NCBI GenBank assembly: GCA_012295275.1
Contig: CM022673.1
Span: 29,760,001 to 29,824,000 of the forward strand
Direction: 5' to 3'
Source: Chrysomallon squamiferum
Lineage: Eukaryota > Animalia > Mollusca
DNA: 64,000 nt
Shown: in pieces, positions 21,397 to 34,700 of the stretch
Layout: the number at the start of each line of letters is the position of its first letter
How positions within the stretch are numbered: position 1 is the first letter of the stretch
Program-made: the position numbers and the translations under genes
The notes under the pieces: generated by a model
What the model was told of the DNA's origin: nothing
Databases searched by the model: none
The model's input: the letters and a program-made list of their open reading frames with translations, nothing else

Positions 21397-24300
21397 ACTA
21401 TTGTTATTATTTTAGGCCTGTCAGCTTCCACTGTTTGAATACTTGGTAGACAGAATGTGTTCCTTGTGCTATGACAGAGCTTGGTATGCGAAGTATGGAG
21501 GGTGAGTATGTGGTTAGATGTCATTTAATAAAAATTATTTGTTGTTAACAGGAAAAATATAAATTTGTTGTTACCCAGACTTGACATAAACTTTTTACAA
21601 TGGCTTTATTTTTTTCTTTGTGTTTTTTTTTAAATACTGTATTCCATTTCTGACTTTTCCTACAGTTGTTAATCTTTGTTTGTAGATAAAACAGTATTAG
21701 TGTATTAAAATGTATTTTTTTACTGTTCAGGTGTTTAGCTATCAAGTTTCTGTCAGAGAGGATGGCTTTAAAATGGGTTCTTGAACATCAGTTTCTCTTC
21801 CTCAAAGCCTTGCTCTTTGTCATGATGGATTTGACTGGTGAGGTAAGTAATGTACTCAAACTTTTGCTTAATCTTATTTGTAATAAAACTTATTTCATTT
21901 CTGAAATCTTGGATCTGCCCTTATTAATGACAACTATCCAGTTATGTCTAAGTTTGTGAATAACTGTTTTATCAGGTGTCTAGTGGTGCAGTTGACCTGG
22001 CTAAGTCTAATCTGAAGAACATGCTGGTGTTGTGTGCCAAGGAGCCTGATCCTAGTGTGGTCAGCGAAGAACTGCTGAATGCACAGAAAAAATCTTTTCA
22101 TGAAGTGACCCATGAGCTTGTCCGTCAAGTGACCTCCACCAACACCTTAGTGAGAGAACAGGTAAGTCTGGCCTTGCAGTGGTCATTTTGTTTATCGAAA
22201 TGTTTTAAATCTGCTCTTTACAGCATTCTTAAACCTGCCATGTGTATAATTGCAGTAAATATATTATTGTTGTTTTTTTTTTTTTTTTAAGATTTATTAT
22301 ATATAAATATATAATTGGATAGCAATTTGTAACATAACTAAATAAAATAACAGAAAGCAGTTTTTGCCATATTACTGATTATCTGAAACATTTATGATGT
22401 AATCAATTTATTAAAAGCACGTAATATTTACAGTGTATTAAATTATATTTTAGTGTTTGATTTTAACAAATATTTATCATCTTTTCTTTTTTCTTTTTTC
22501 TTTTTTTTATATTTACAATTACACTGAGATTGACCAGTAGACATTATATGTTGTACTTATTTTACTGTGTTTGTGGATGTCAATAATAATATGTTTTATT
22601 TTTAAAAACTCACTGTTGAATTTCTTTTTGAAGGCAATGAATTCACTGGATGTTTTGTCAAAGACAACTGGGAAGACAATAACAGAAATAATGGAGCCAA
22701 ACAAGGATGTTTTGCAAGACATGATTCCACCAAAGAAACATCTTCTACGACATCAGCCTCTGAATGCACAGATTGGTCTCATGGTAACTTACTGATTTAA
22801 TATTGAAATAATGATAAATTACCTGTATTTATACTTACATTCTAAGCAGATGTTAATCCAAAGCAGTCAATAATCAGTATGCTTACTATTTTAGTACCGT
22901 AACCAAACTGACTGTAGTCATGTTATATATGTTTTTGTTGTTGTTGCTTTTCAGGAAGGCAATATGTTCTGTACAAGTCTGGAACCTCGACTGTTCACTA
23001 TTGACGTAGCCATTGTAGAGCACAATGTCTTCTTCACAGAGGTGAGTTTGTTCTGTGTTTTTCTGTGACAGGCATATTGTAGAGAGTTAATCTCTAATGC
23101 AAAATACTTCTGTTTTTAAATCTTTATTTTATTATTATTATGTTAATATTTTGGTGAATGGAATATATTTAGAGATATTTCAGAATATAAAAATATTCAG
23201 GAAAGGATAAGATTAGATGGAAATAATTTATTTTCAGTTTTCAAATATTTTTATCTGTTACAGCTGATAAGCCTGTGTGAAGCTGAAGACTCCATTTTAC
23301 TGAAGTTGCCCTGTTACAAAAACGTCACCAACCTTGTACCTCTTCGCACGAGTGCTCTTAGTAAGTTTAATAGATAACAAGTTTATAATACTTGGGACTT
23401 CACCATTTACACTGCTGTAGATTATGTTTTTTGTTTTGATGTGTTACCAGCCTTTCATTTAGTGATTGAAAAAACTGATAATCACAAAACTACTTATTTA
23501 GTATTATTGGTTGGTGGTTTTTTTTTTTTTCATTCTTTATATATTTTTATTTTATTTTTATTTTTATTTATTTATTTGTATTTTGTTTGTTTTGACAATG
23601 CCCTAAAAAAACCAAAGTTCTTGCACACCTCCAGTGGTAATTATCTTCTTTGTTGATTATTACAGGGGCGCTGGCAGCATGTCATTACATACCAGCAAAA
23701 CGAGAAAAGATATTTGGAATATTGTACAAGGCCCTGAACAGCACAAACAGTGACCTGCAGGAGGCTGCTCATGAATGTATGAAGAAGGTAAAACCAGTTT
23801 TTAAAATCACACATTATTTTATTTTTTAGTTTCAGTTTTTCAACTGTCTGTATCATATTTTCTTTATGTTGTCATTAATTTTATTATAATTACTGCTACA
23901 CCTATTATTGCTACTACGGTTACTACTGTAATATTTTTTTTATCATTAATATTATTATTGTAATAATAATAATCATTATCGTCATCATTCTGTTACAATC
24001 ACTATTAAACTTCTTTTCTTATTCAGAAGGTTTATAATGATTAAATACCAGTTATATAAAGCAAAAAAAAAAAAAAAAAAAAGTATAAAAAATTAGTAGA
24101 AGCCAAATAAGAAATTCTATTATTAAAGCTAACATGTTGTATTCCTGCAGTTCATAGCCGGGTGTACAATAGACACAGAGACTGTGTACAGTTCAATACG
24201 ACCTCTGTTGATGAAACTGGGTGATTACCGCAGCCTCACTCTGAATGTCATCCAGCGCCTGTCAAGTCTTGTCCAACTCTTCCCAAACACATTTAACGAG

Positions 24301-27300
24301 AAGCTCTGTGATCAGCTGATGGTGAGTAAAATTTTAATTAGTTTTTCTTTTTAAAAAACAATTTTACATCCAGAAAAACAAGCAAGAAAGAGATGTGGAA
24401 TATAAGTTAGATTTAATTACTTCAACTAGATATTTTGCTCTTTGCTATTAAAAGAGGTGATTCTATTGAAATGAGAGAGAAATATTTTTTGTGTCCTCTG
24501 TTTTCAGCAACATTTACAAAAGTGGATGGAGCTGACAGCAGTCACTCAGAAATCTGGGCAGAAACCATCGACTGGTCAGGTATGTATTAGTTTTCTTAAT
24601 TCAATATTGTGTGAAAACAAATATATGTTGTTGATATTTTTTAATGTAATAATTTCAAGACAACTGTACTTGAGTCTGCATGATTAACATTGTTATAAAG
24701 AATGTTTTGACACATTATATAGAGTGCTTATTTTCTTTGTTTCATCTGATGATTATGTTAGTGTGACTGGTACTAGTATTCCACCACAGAATAATTGTTT
24801 TCTTTTTGAAGGATATGAAAACTTGTGCAGCCATTGTGAACATTTTCCACTTGATTCCTGCAGCCAGTAAAAACATGATAGATCCACTTGCAACTCTGGT
24901 GCTGAAAGGAGAGAAACAGTTACTGATTGAAGTTAGTTTTATTCATACCCAGAGATAAAACAGACATTTTTCTTTTATTCCCATTCATTTTTCAAGTGAG
25001 CAGTGACTGAGATAAAGGAAAAGAACAAAATCATTCACTGCTAACTCTTAAAAGCAATTAATGGAAAGATGAAATTAATATTCCTGTTATATTTTACAGT
25101 ATTTGTAAATACACATCACTAAATTTAAAATTTTAAAATTAAATAATAATGGTTCAAAATAATGAAAGAAAACATGTTAATTTTGCTGGTTGTTTTACAG
25201 GCTGGAAGTCCATTTCATGAGCCATTGTTGAAATTTCTTCTGCGATACCCCGCACAAGCAATTGAGTTTTTCCTGACTGAGAATGCACTGAAAGATCAAC
25301 AATACAACAGATACCTGGAGGTGAAAACTGTTTTCTCTCTCATTTTATTTTATTTTATTAAATTTATTTATTTATGACTTTTTGTTTTATTATATTTATT
25401 TTTATTTTTATAATTACTTTTTTTTTTCTTTGGTTTAATCATTTTGATCTTGATAATATTTTTTTAATCTTTCTATCATTTTTATAGGGTTGGAAAATGA
25501 TTTGTTTTTTTTAAATTTTTGTTTTATTGTTCAAAATTGGCGACATTAATGTAAAATAGAGATTGAAGATTTATATTTGAAATGTCAAAATTTTCCTCTT
25601 TTTTTTCATTCGGAGTATCTTTACCTAAGTATCCTTCTTTAAATACATTATTATTACTGTTTTTAATGTGATCTAAAAGTAATTTATAAAACTATAGAAT
25701 GTTTTGTTGTTTCTGGTTTTCAGTACTTACTGAACCATGCAGATGGGAAACCATTCCGTGAAGTGCTCCAAGCCAATCCACAGAGACTGGTCAACATGGC
25801 ATTTGGCCAACTGCAGGTAACAATGCCACCTAGGATACAGAATTGTAACAAGGTTGCATAATAACAAAAAAATATATTTTAAAAAATTTCAAAAATATTA
25901 AAATAATGGTATTAATATTGATCAGATGGTTCCACAACCTTCATTTTATATATGGTCAGACATTTAGTAGTGATAGTAAAATGTTGTGTACAGATAGATA
26001 ATAAAGATGTTTATTTTACAGATATTTAGTAGTGACAGTAAAATGTACAGATAGATAATAAAGATGTATTTTTTAGATATTTAGTAGTAAAATGTTATGT
26101 ACAGATAGATAATAAAGATGTGTATTTTAATAAAGATGTGTATTTTACAGACAGATAATAAAGATGTGTATTTTACAGGGTCAGGCAGCCTCTCAGTTGG
26201 CTCTGACAGCTGCTGTGAAGTATGAGTTGCAGTACGAGGCCATACGACTGATTAACATCCTTGTACATTTTGATGATGACTGGCTGCCTAACCATTCTCA
26301 AGTGGTGAGTTATAAAATCTCATATATTAAGATGGTGTTTATGAAGAGCTGCTATGTGTGTGTATATGGGTATACTGAATATCTCATTGTGCATAAACCT
26401 GGAAGATTGTGAGGAAATAATAAAATTCACTAATAATATTGTTCTAAGTATTAATTTATTGAATGTTTTTTAAAGTAAAATTTATTTAGAAATGAATTCT
26501 TCCTTTCAGGTGACACAGTTGTTGAAAATCTGGGTGTCTGACAGTTTTCAAGAGAGACATAAGAAAGTGGTAGGTTTTGACATTTTTCATTTTATTTTTA
26601 GTCATTTTATCCAGGCAGTTCCTTTTTTACCAAATTCTTTCATTAAATCATTGAACATGTTGAATTCAGCTTTAGAAAACTAGTAAATAAAAATTGTCAA
26701 TGCTAAAAATATCCTGAAAAACCATAAACTCCTTACCAAGAAAGCCTATCATATCGGTAATTGTCAGTAATTTTGAATTTAATTCATTAAAAAAATAAAA
26801 TAAAAAAAAATAAAAAATAGCTAACATATAAAATATATTTGTGTATGTATTTTTCAGGATTCATTGGATTTTGTTCACTGGAAAGAACCATCTCTTTTGG
26901 TTGGATGTCTTCTTAACTACTTCAAGTAAGATATTTGAAATTTATTAAGGTCAAAGTAATCTCTTTTTCAGAATAGTTGATGAAATGTATAATTTTCCAT
27001 TAAAAGGCAAGATTATTTTATTTGCTTGCCTCACACAAAGTAATCTGCCCTAGCACAAAACAAATACAAAAAACATGAATGAGAAAATTACAGTTCACTT
27101 CAGTACCATTTACATCTGTACAAAGACAATAAGTTTACTTTAGTAACACAGCAGTATTTCATGTTTCCTTTTCAGTCCACTTTGTGTGTGTACATCTCTC
27201 TCTGTCAGGCTTGAGAATGAGAGAGAAATCTGAGATTAACAATTGACAGTTTATTTTATTTCAGTGATTCATGAAATAGCTTTTTGTTTTTATTTTTAGC

Positions 27301-27599
27301 CATCACACCAATGAGATAGATCTGTTGTTCCACATTCTGCGTTGTTTCACTCATCGATATATCCCACAATTCCAGTTTGTCAAAGACTTCCTGGAACAAA
27401 CAGTGGCAGCAGTAAGAATTTATTTATTTCTATTTTAAAACTGTATTATATAATTATAATGAAATTTAGATATTTTATTTTTTTATTATTATTTTTTATT
27501 TAAAAATGTAAATTATACTAGTTTAATTCACTTACAATTTGAATGTAATGTTTTTAGTTTTATTTATTTAATTTAATTTTTTCTTTTTTCTTTTATTTC

Positions 27600-27655
<56 letters not shown>

Positions 27656-30600
27656 ATCTTTTATTCTTTAATTATTTATTTTATTTTATGTTTTTTTTTA
27701 CATAAAATTATTTTTATGATCTGGTGTAACTTGTTTCTGACTTATTTGTCTATTTTCAGACATACTCAGTTGAATGGAAAAGAAAAGCTTTCTTCAAATT
27801 TGTTGAGGTTTTCAGAGATCAGACCAACTGGCCACAGGAACTAAAGGCAAAGGTAAGTCTGAAATCTGAATTTCACATTTCAGTCATTTTATTTACTTAT
27901 CAGTTATTATTATTATTATTATTTTATTATTTTATTATTTTATTATTATTAGACAAATACTGGTATCCAGAAACTAAATGATATTATGAAAATATATAAA
28001 CTGTATTCATCATTAGTTCTGAAAATTGATTTCATCTTGAAAATAAGTTTTTTATTCTTTTTATGTATGTAGATTCTGCAGCATGTCCTCATTCCTTGCT
28101 TCCAATGTTCGTTTGAAAAAGGGGATGGAGATCTTTTGATTGGTGGGCACCCAGCCCCTGACCAGGACAATGAGGAAAATGTTATTAGTATTTTTATCAC
28201 AAAAATCATTGACCCAGAAAACCCATTTGGAACATCAGACGCTGTTCGAATTCTTCTTCTGCAGTTTTCTTCCTTGTTGGTTGAGCAGGCTTCACCACAT
28301 ATACATGATGCTGCCAACAAGTAACTATCCATAGATTTTAGTTTTTTCATTTTGTTTGTGTGTGTGTGTGTGTGGGTCATTAAATATAAAAATAATTGAT
28401 CTTTTATATCATTAATTGCCTCAGAAATTATGTCATGAGGTTTATTTCAGTCTTTTTTTTATTAAATTCTTTTTAATTCTAATATATTATAACACAGTGC
28501 TACAGTATTATTATTTTGTAAATAAACAACATCATTTATCAACCATCATTGATTTATTAATTTTTATTAACAGCTTAAAATTATTTTTGAATCATTATTA
28601 AACCTGAATATTAAAACTATTATTAATTGTATTTATTTTATAACAGTTATGGTTATCTGTTCACTATCTTATTATAGAGTATGTTCTGAGATACATTTTA
28701 TTATTTCAGGAAACAAGGAAACAAACTGCGTCGCCTGATGACATTTGCTTGGCCGTGTCTGCTGTCAAAGAATTGTGTGGATCCAGCCACAAAGTACCAT
28801 GGACACCTTCTCCTTGCCCACATCATTGCCAAGTTTGCAATCCACAAGAGAATTGTGCTTCAGGTAAAACACAGTGTCCCATCATCAACCAGGTCTATCT
28901 TTACCATTAAGAATATTTTGTTTTGTTTTATTTTATTTTATTTTATTTTATTTTATTTTATTTTATTTTATTTTATTTTTTATTCTATTCTATGTTTTAT
29001 TTGAGAGGGAAACATCAGTAAACTTAAAGAAAAAGAAAATTAGTATGTCTGTATTTTTATATATATTTATATAAATTTTTAAGTGGAAATATGAATTTTA
29101 AGTGTATGATATATTTAAAGTATTTTTGTGTATTTCAGGTATTTCACAGTCTGTTGAAGGCACATGCTGTGGAAGCTCGTACAGTGGTGAGACAAGCTTT
29201 AGAGATCCTGACTCCAGCCATGCCTGGCAGAATGGAAGATGGAAATGTAAATATTTTTAAGTAATAAACAGGACCTTTGCAAGAGTTTGTTTAGTAACAG
29301 TATATAATTAAAATGATCCTGCATAGAGTACAAAAAATTATTTACATGGGTGAATGTTGTGACATGCAGCTGTTTCTTGCTTGTTATAAATTAGAACAGT
29401 AACAACATGATTCTTAAATTTCTTAAATGTCTTCTTCTTAGAAAAGGTTTCTTAAAAACAAACATTAGCAATACTTGTTATAGTATAGTAATAGAGATCA
29501 AGGCAAGATTAGTTCATTTAATATCTGTAGGTTCTTTAAATTTAAAAACAAAATTAATTGTTTATTTATTTATTTAATTTATTTATCCTGTTTGGGTTGG
29601 TTTTGTTTTTTTTGTGGAGGTTTTTTGAGTTGATTTTTCTTAATATAATTTTTTAAAAATTAAAAAACATTTTGTACTTGTTTTAAGTTATTTTAATGTA
29701 TTATTTCTGCTGGTAGTGTAAGTAATAAGTTACGTTTGTCTGGATTCAGGGAATGCTCACTCACTGGACAAAGAAGATAATAGTGGAAGAAGGACACAGT
29801 GTTGGTCAGCTTGTTCACATTCTGTAAGTTCAACACCCAGAATTAAAATAACTCTTACTAAATATTAAAACTTTTAAATATAATGACAAAATAGATGTAT
29901 CTGCTATATCTGTAATTCTTTTTAAAATTTGCATGATCTAAAATTTCTTGCATTACGAAAGGTAAATTTGTTAAATTATAGTTATATGGATATGAATCCT
30001 GCCTTAAATTACTTTTAAAGTTACCATATCAAGAGAAGTTGGGTGTACGTTTTATTTGAAAAGGGTGAATTGAGAAAGTTATATAAAATGAGGAATGTTT
30101 TTTTTACTTGCAGACAACTGGTTGTTCGACATTACAAAGTGTACTACCCAGTTAGACATCACCTCATCCAGCACATGGTCAACTCACTACAGCGACTGGG
30201 ATTCTCTCCTAGTGTATGTACATTGTTTTTAAATCCATGTTCCACTGGGTGTTTGGTTCTTTTATTATTTCATAATATTTTGACATACTATTGCAATAAT
30301 TTAATAATTAGAGTACCAATAATTCTTCATGAATCTTAATAAAATATTTTTATAAATGGGAACATTTTATTTATAAGAGTTATTTGCTAAGGATGAGAAG
30401 TAAATACAAAGTTTTAAAGTTTAGTTTATTTGCTTAAATGTTTACAATGTTGTAATAGTGTTCTTCTGAATATAAACAGGTTTAATTATTTTATTCTTCT
30501 AAATATAAATATGTAATTATTTTATTTCTTTGCTGATGTAGGCAACTATTGAACATCGCAAACTTGCAGTGGAACTTGCAGATGTCATCATCAAGTGGGA

Positions 30601-30760
30601 ACTGCAGAGAATCAAGGATGACCAAGATCCTAACTTTGAGGTATGTTTCTGTTACACAGTAGGTATTGGTTCAGAGAAGAGGAAGGCAGAACTGGGTTAT
30701 TTTCTCCCTTTTTTTCAGTTTTCTTATTTAAAAACACATTGTCAATGTTTTGAGTTTCTA

Positions 30761-30794
<34 letters not shown>

Positions 30795-31709
30795 CCTATT
30801 TTTTTAAATATTAAAATTTTTATTTTATTTTATTTTATTTTATTTTATTTACTTTTAGCATCATCAGTAAAATTTCAAAAAACGTTCTTCTCCTATTCAA
30901 AGATGAAATGACATGTCATATAAAATCTATTACTTTCTTAATCCACATTTTATAATGATGTAAAGAATATGCTGTTGGTGATGGTGATGATGATGTAGTA
31001 GTGTATGTTTTGATGGAGTTGTTGTTTCTACTGAAGGCTGACCAGGAGGCAGCTCAGAGTCTGTTTGAGAACATGCAGGTGAAAAGATCTCCCTCAGTGG
31101 ACTCGCCACAAGAAGCAAAACGATCTCGACATTCATCAGGAGCTGTAAGTGAAACTTTGAAAACTTATATTAAGTGAAAGTTAACTTCATTAATCCCAAA
31201 GTTACCTTTTTCTATCAGTTTTCTCATAAAACCAGTAGATACTGGCAGCAGATGCTTTGAAGACTTTCTATGAAGTTCTGTGTGTGTGTGTGTTTTGAAT
31301 CAACCATATATAATAATAATTTCAAAGAATGGGAGACCTGTATACTTTTTCTTTCACTGTATATTAACTGATGCATATTTGAAAAAATATAATGATGTAA
31401 TAATTACTTTAAATTTGTGTCAATTCCAGAGTTGTCGAAGTCAGACAGATGTAAACAAACCAATAGAAAAACAGTATTGTGATGCTGTTGTGAATTTTCT
31501 CCTTAGAATAGCCTGTCAGGTACGTTTCACCTATGATTTAATATAGTTATATTTCAGAAACATGTTTAAATAACACATAATTTAAGTAATTATAAAACTG
31601 AACTGGTATTCTTATTTCTACTGTTACTGTTGTTTGTATTATTAATATTAATATTATCATTGTCATTGTTGTTCTTCTTCTTTTTCTTCTTCTTATTATT
31701 ATTATTATA

Positions 31710-31760
<51 letters not shown>

Positions 31761-34700
31761 TTTACTTAGGTGAATGAAGCTTCTGCGTCAATAGGTTCCC
31801 CAGGAGAGGTGTTGTCACGGCGATGCGTGGCTCTACTAAAAATAGTTCTGAGACCAGACTTCTGGTCAAACGCTGAGCTGAAGCTGGCCTGGTTTGACAA
31901 ACTGTTGACCACTGTAGAGAATCACCAGCCTAACTTTGCCAACATCTGTACAGCTCTCGAGTTGTTGACTTTCCTTCTCGGAATCCTTGTAAGTTTGTCA
32001 TTTACATTGTTTTAGTACACAGATAACAGATATGTAGTCTTTACTTAATTCTTTTTATGTTAATTGTACTGAGTTTGTTATTATTTTTGTTTTAAGGTGA
32101 CTTCTTAATATGGTATTATTACAATTAATACTAATAGAAAAAAAGAAACTGTATGTTTTATCCTATAAAGTAAACATATATCAGTCATTATTATTCATAT
32201 TTCAATTTTTGTAACTAGATCTAAGTTAAAGTGTTATATGTATTTAACAATGAATAAAATATATTTAATTTTTTTTCTTAAATTGCACATTTAAATTGCA
32301 CGAGAATATTTTAGAAATGTTACTGTTACTTGCAGAGGTCATTTTAACATGTATGTTTACATTTAAAAAAAAATTTACACCTCTTTTTTTGGTTTCAGAA
32401 AAGGGAGACAATCTTGTCGAGTTTCAAACCTCTTCAGCGAGGTATTGCTGCCTGTATGACCTGTCCCAACACGAAGGTCATTCGAGCAGTTCACAGTCTC
32501 CTGTCTCGACTGATGAGTCATTTCCCCACTGAACCAGTCACGTCAAACGTGGCCTCTAAATACGAAGAGTTGGAATGTCTATATGCCTGTGTCAGCAAAG
32601 TCATATACGAAGGACTCACCAACTATGAAAAGTAAAACACTATTACACAGTAAACTCACCAGCTATGAAAAGTAAAACAATATTACATAGTATGAAGGAT
32701 GCATAAGCTTAATACATATTATAAAGATTTTACAGTGTTAAGTAGAATCATGGCCAGCTTAATTATTTAGTCCCCAACTGAGTGTGTTTGTGTGTACATG
32801 TGTATGTTTGTTAATCCTTTTCTCTGCTTCTCTCTCTTTTTCTGTCGCCTTCATTCTCTATGACCTGTCCTTATCTGTCCATTTCTGTATCTGACCCTCA
32901 CTGTTCATGTTTTAATTATTTTAAATCATTATTCAGATACAATAATTTATTTACTATTCAAGGAACAGCAATGGTTCTCCATCCCAGTTGTTCAGCACAC
33001 TGATGATCTTGAAGGCAGCCTGCATGCACAACCAGTGTTACATAGACCGACTGATTACCACATTCATGAAGGTCCTACATAAAATGGCCCGAGAGCACCT
33101 CACTCCCACCACTCCTGACTCAAATCCAGGTGAGAGAGATTGATTTATGAGTTTCTCAAAAATATATTTGTTTTAAAAGATTTTATTTGAGAACTGAAAA
33201 TGTTATTCTGTAGTGTATATTAATTAAGTTAAACTGTTGTTATTTTTCACTAGACAAACTATTTAAATACAGAAGCTGCTGATCAAGGTTTCTATGGTTA
33301 TAAGCTTATGTGCCAGTGTATACTTTATTTAATTTTAATTTTTTATTTTCAAGCATGTTTTGAAACGTGTTTCGGTGGTTTAAACAAAAGCTATGCAGTG
33401 GTGATGGTATTAAACCTAATTTGTAGTTAACGTATTTATTTTTATCAGCCATGGCAAGTGAGTTGTTAATACTCAGTCTGGACTTGGTGAAGAACCGGGT
33501 TGGAGTGATGAGTTTGGAGATGAGAAAGAGTTTTATTGGTCAAATTCTTGTCGGCCTCATTGAGAAAACTCCAGACAACAAAGTCATGAAAGCTATAACC
33601 AAAATGGTGGAAGATTGGGTGAAAATAAAAGTTAGTTGGAATTTTAATTTAAAAAAAAATAATAATCATTTATTTTTTGTTTTAATTTAATTTAATTTCA
33701 TTTATTTGCTTCTTTGTATTTCCTTTCTTTACTTTTCTTTGTTTATTTTTTACAAACTTGAAAATAATGACTGTGTTCTATTATATCCTTTCTCTTCTTT
33801 TCAATTATTTCACCGATATCAGTACTAATTTAAGCACCTGCTATACAATTTCAGACTCCCATTGCAATCAACCAGTCTCCATCAATACGAGAGAAGGCTA
33901 TTCTGTTGATGAAATTGATGCAGAATGTTGAGAAGAGATTTCCAGATGATCAGGAGCTGAATGCTCAGTATCTTGACCTTGTCAACTACATTTACAGGTA
34001 CTCAGCATCTGTTACACTGAGAATTCATATAACTTCCACAGGGTTATACACTTGTAATTCTCTCTTTGATATACCTTTTAAGTTCTTTTATTCTGACAAT
34101 TCTAGGATACACATACACACGCACACACAGAGAATTGTTTTATTAATTCTGTTTTCTTTTTTTCTGGTAACTGAAACTTAGAAATCTCTGCATTGTCCTC
34201 TAAGAAGCTTAAACATTGGTCACAAGTTCATTCTGATTGATTTGCAGCTGTTTGTTTTAGCAGAAATACTGTTCAGTAACTCATTACAAAGTCTTTGGTT
34301 AATTTTAAGAGCAGTCGTATTTCAGTATTATTATTTTTAAACTGTTTCAGAGATGATAGTCTTAGTGGCAGTGAACTGACATCAAAATTGGAGCAAGCAT
34401 TTTTATCTGGTCTGCGATGTAACCAGAGTCACATCAGACAGAAGTTTGTAGAGGTGAGCTTATTACACAAATGTCACAGATACTTGTAAAAGTGAGTATA
34501 TTATAGAAATATCACAATTACTTGCAAAAGTGAGTATATTTTAGAAACATCACTATTACTTGTAAATGTGAGTATATATTAGAAATGTGACTGTTACTTG
34601 TAGAGGTCATTTTATTACAGAAATGTTTGAACAAAATAAAAACTGAGCAGTGTTTTTACTCTAATTGTTGTTTTTTTGCAGGTTTTTGAGAACAGTATAA

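Noticed and set aside
27211-27232. ttgagaatgagagagaaatctg similar to 38548-38570
   Set aside because: About 22 nt and GA-rich low complexity; chance or tiny repeat fragment.
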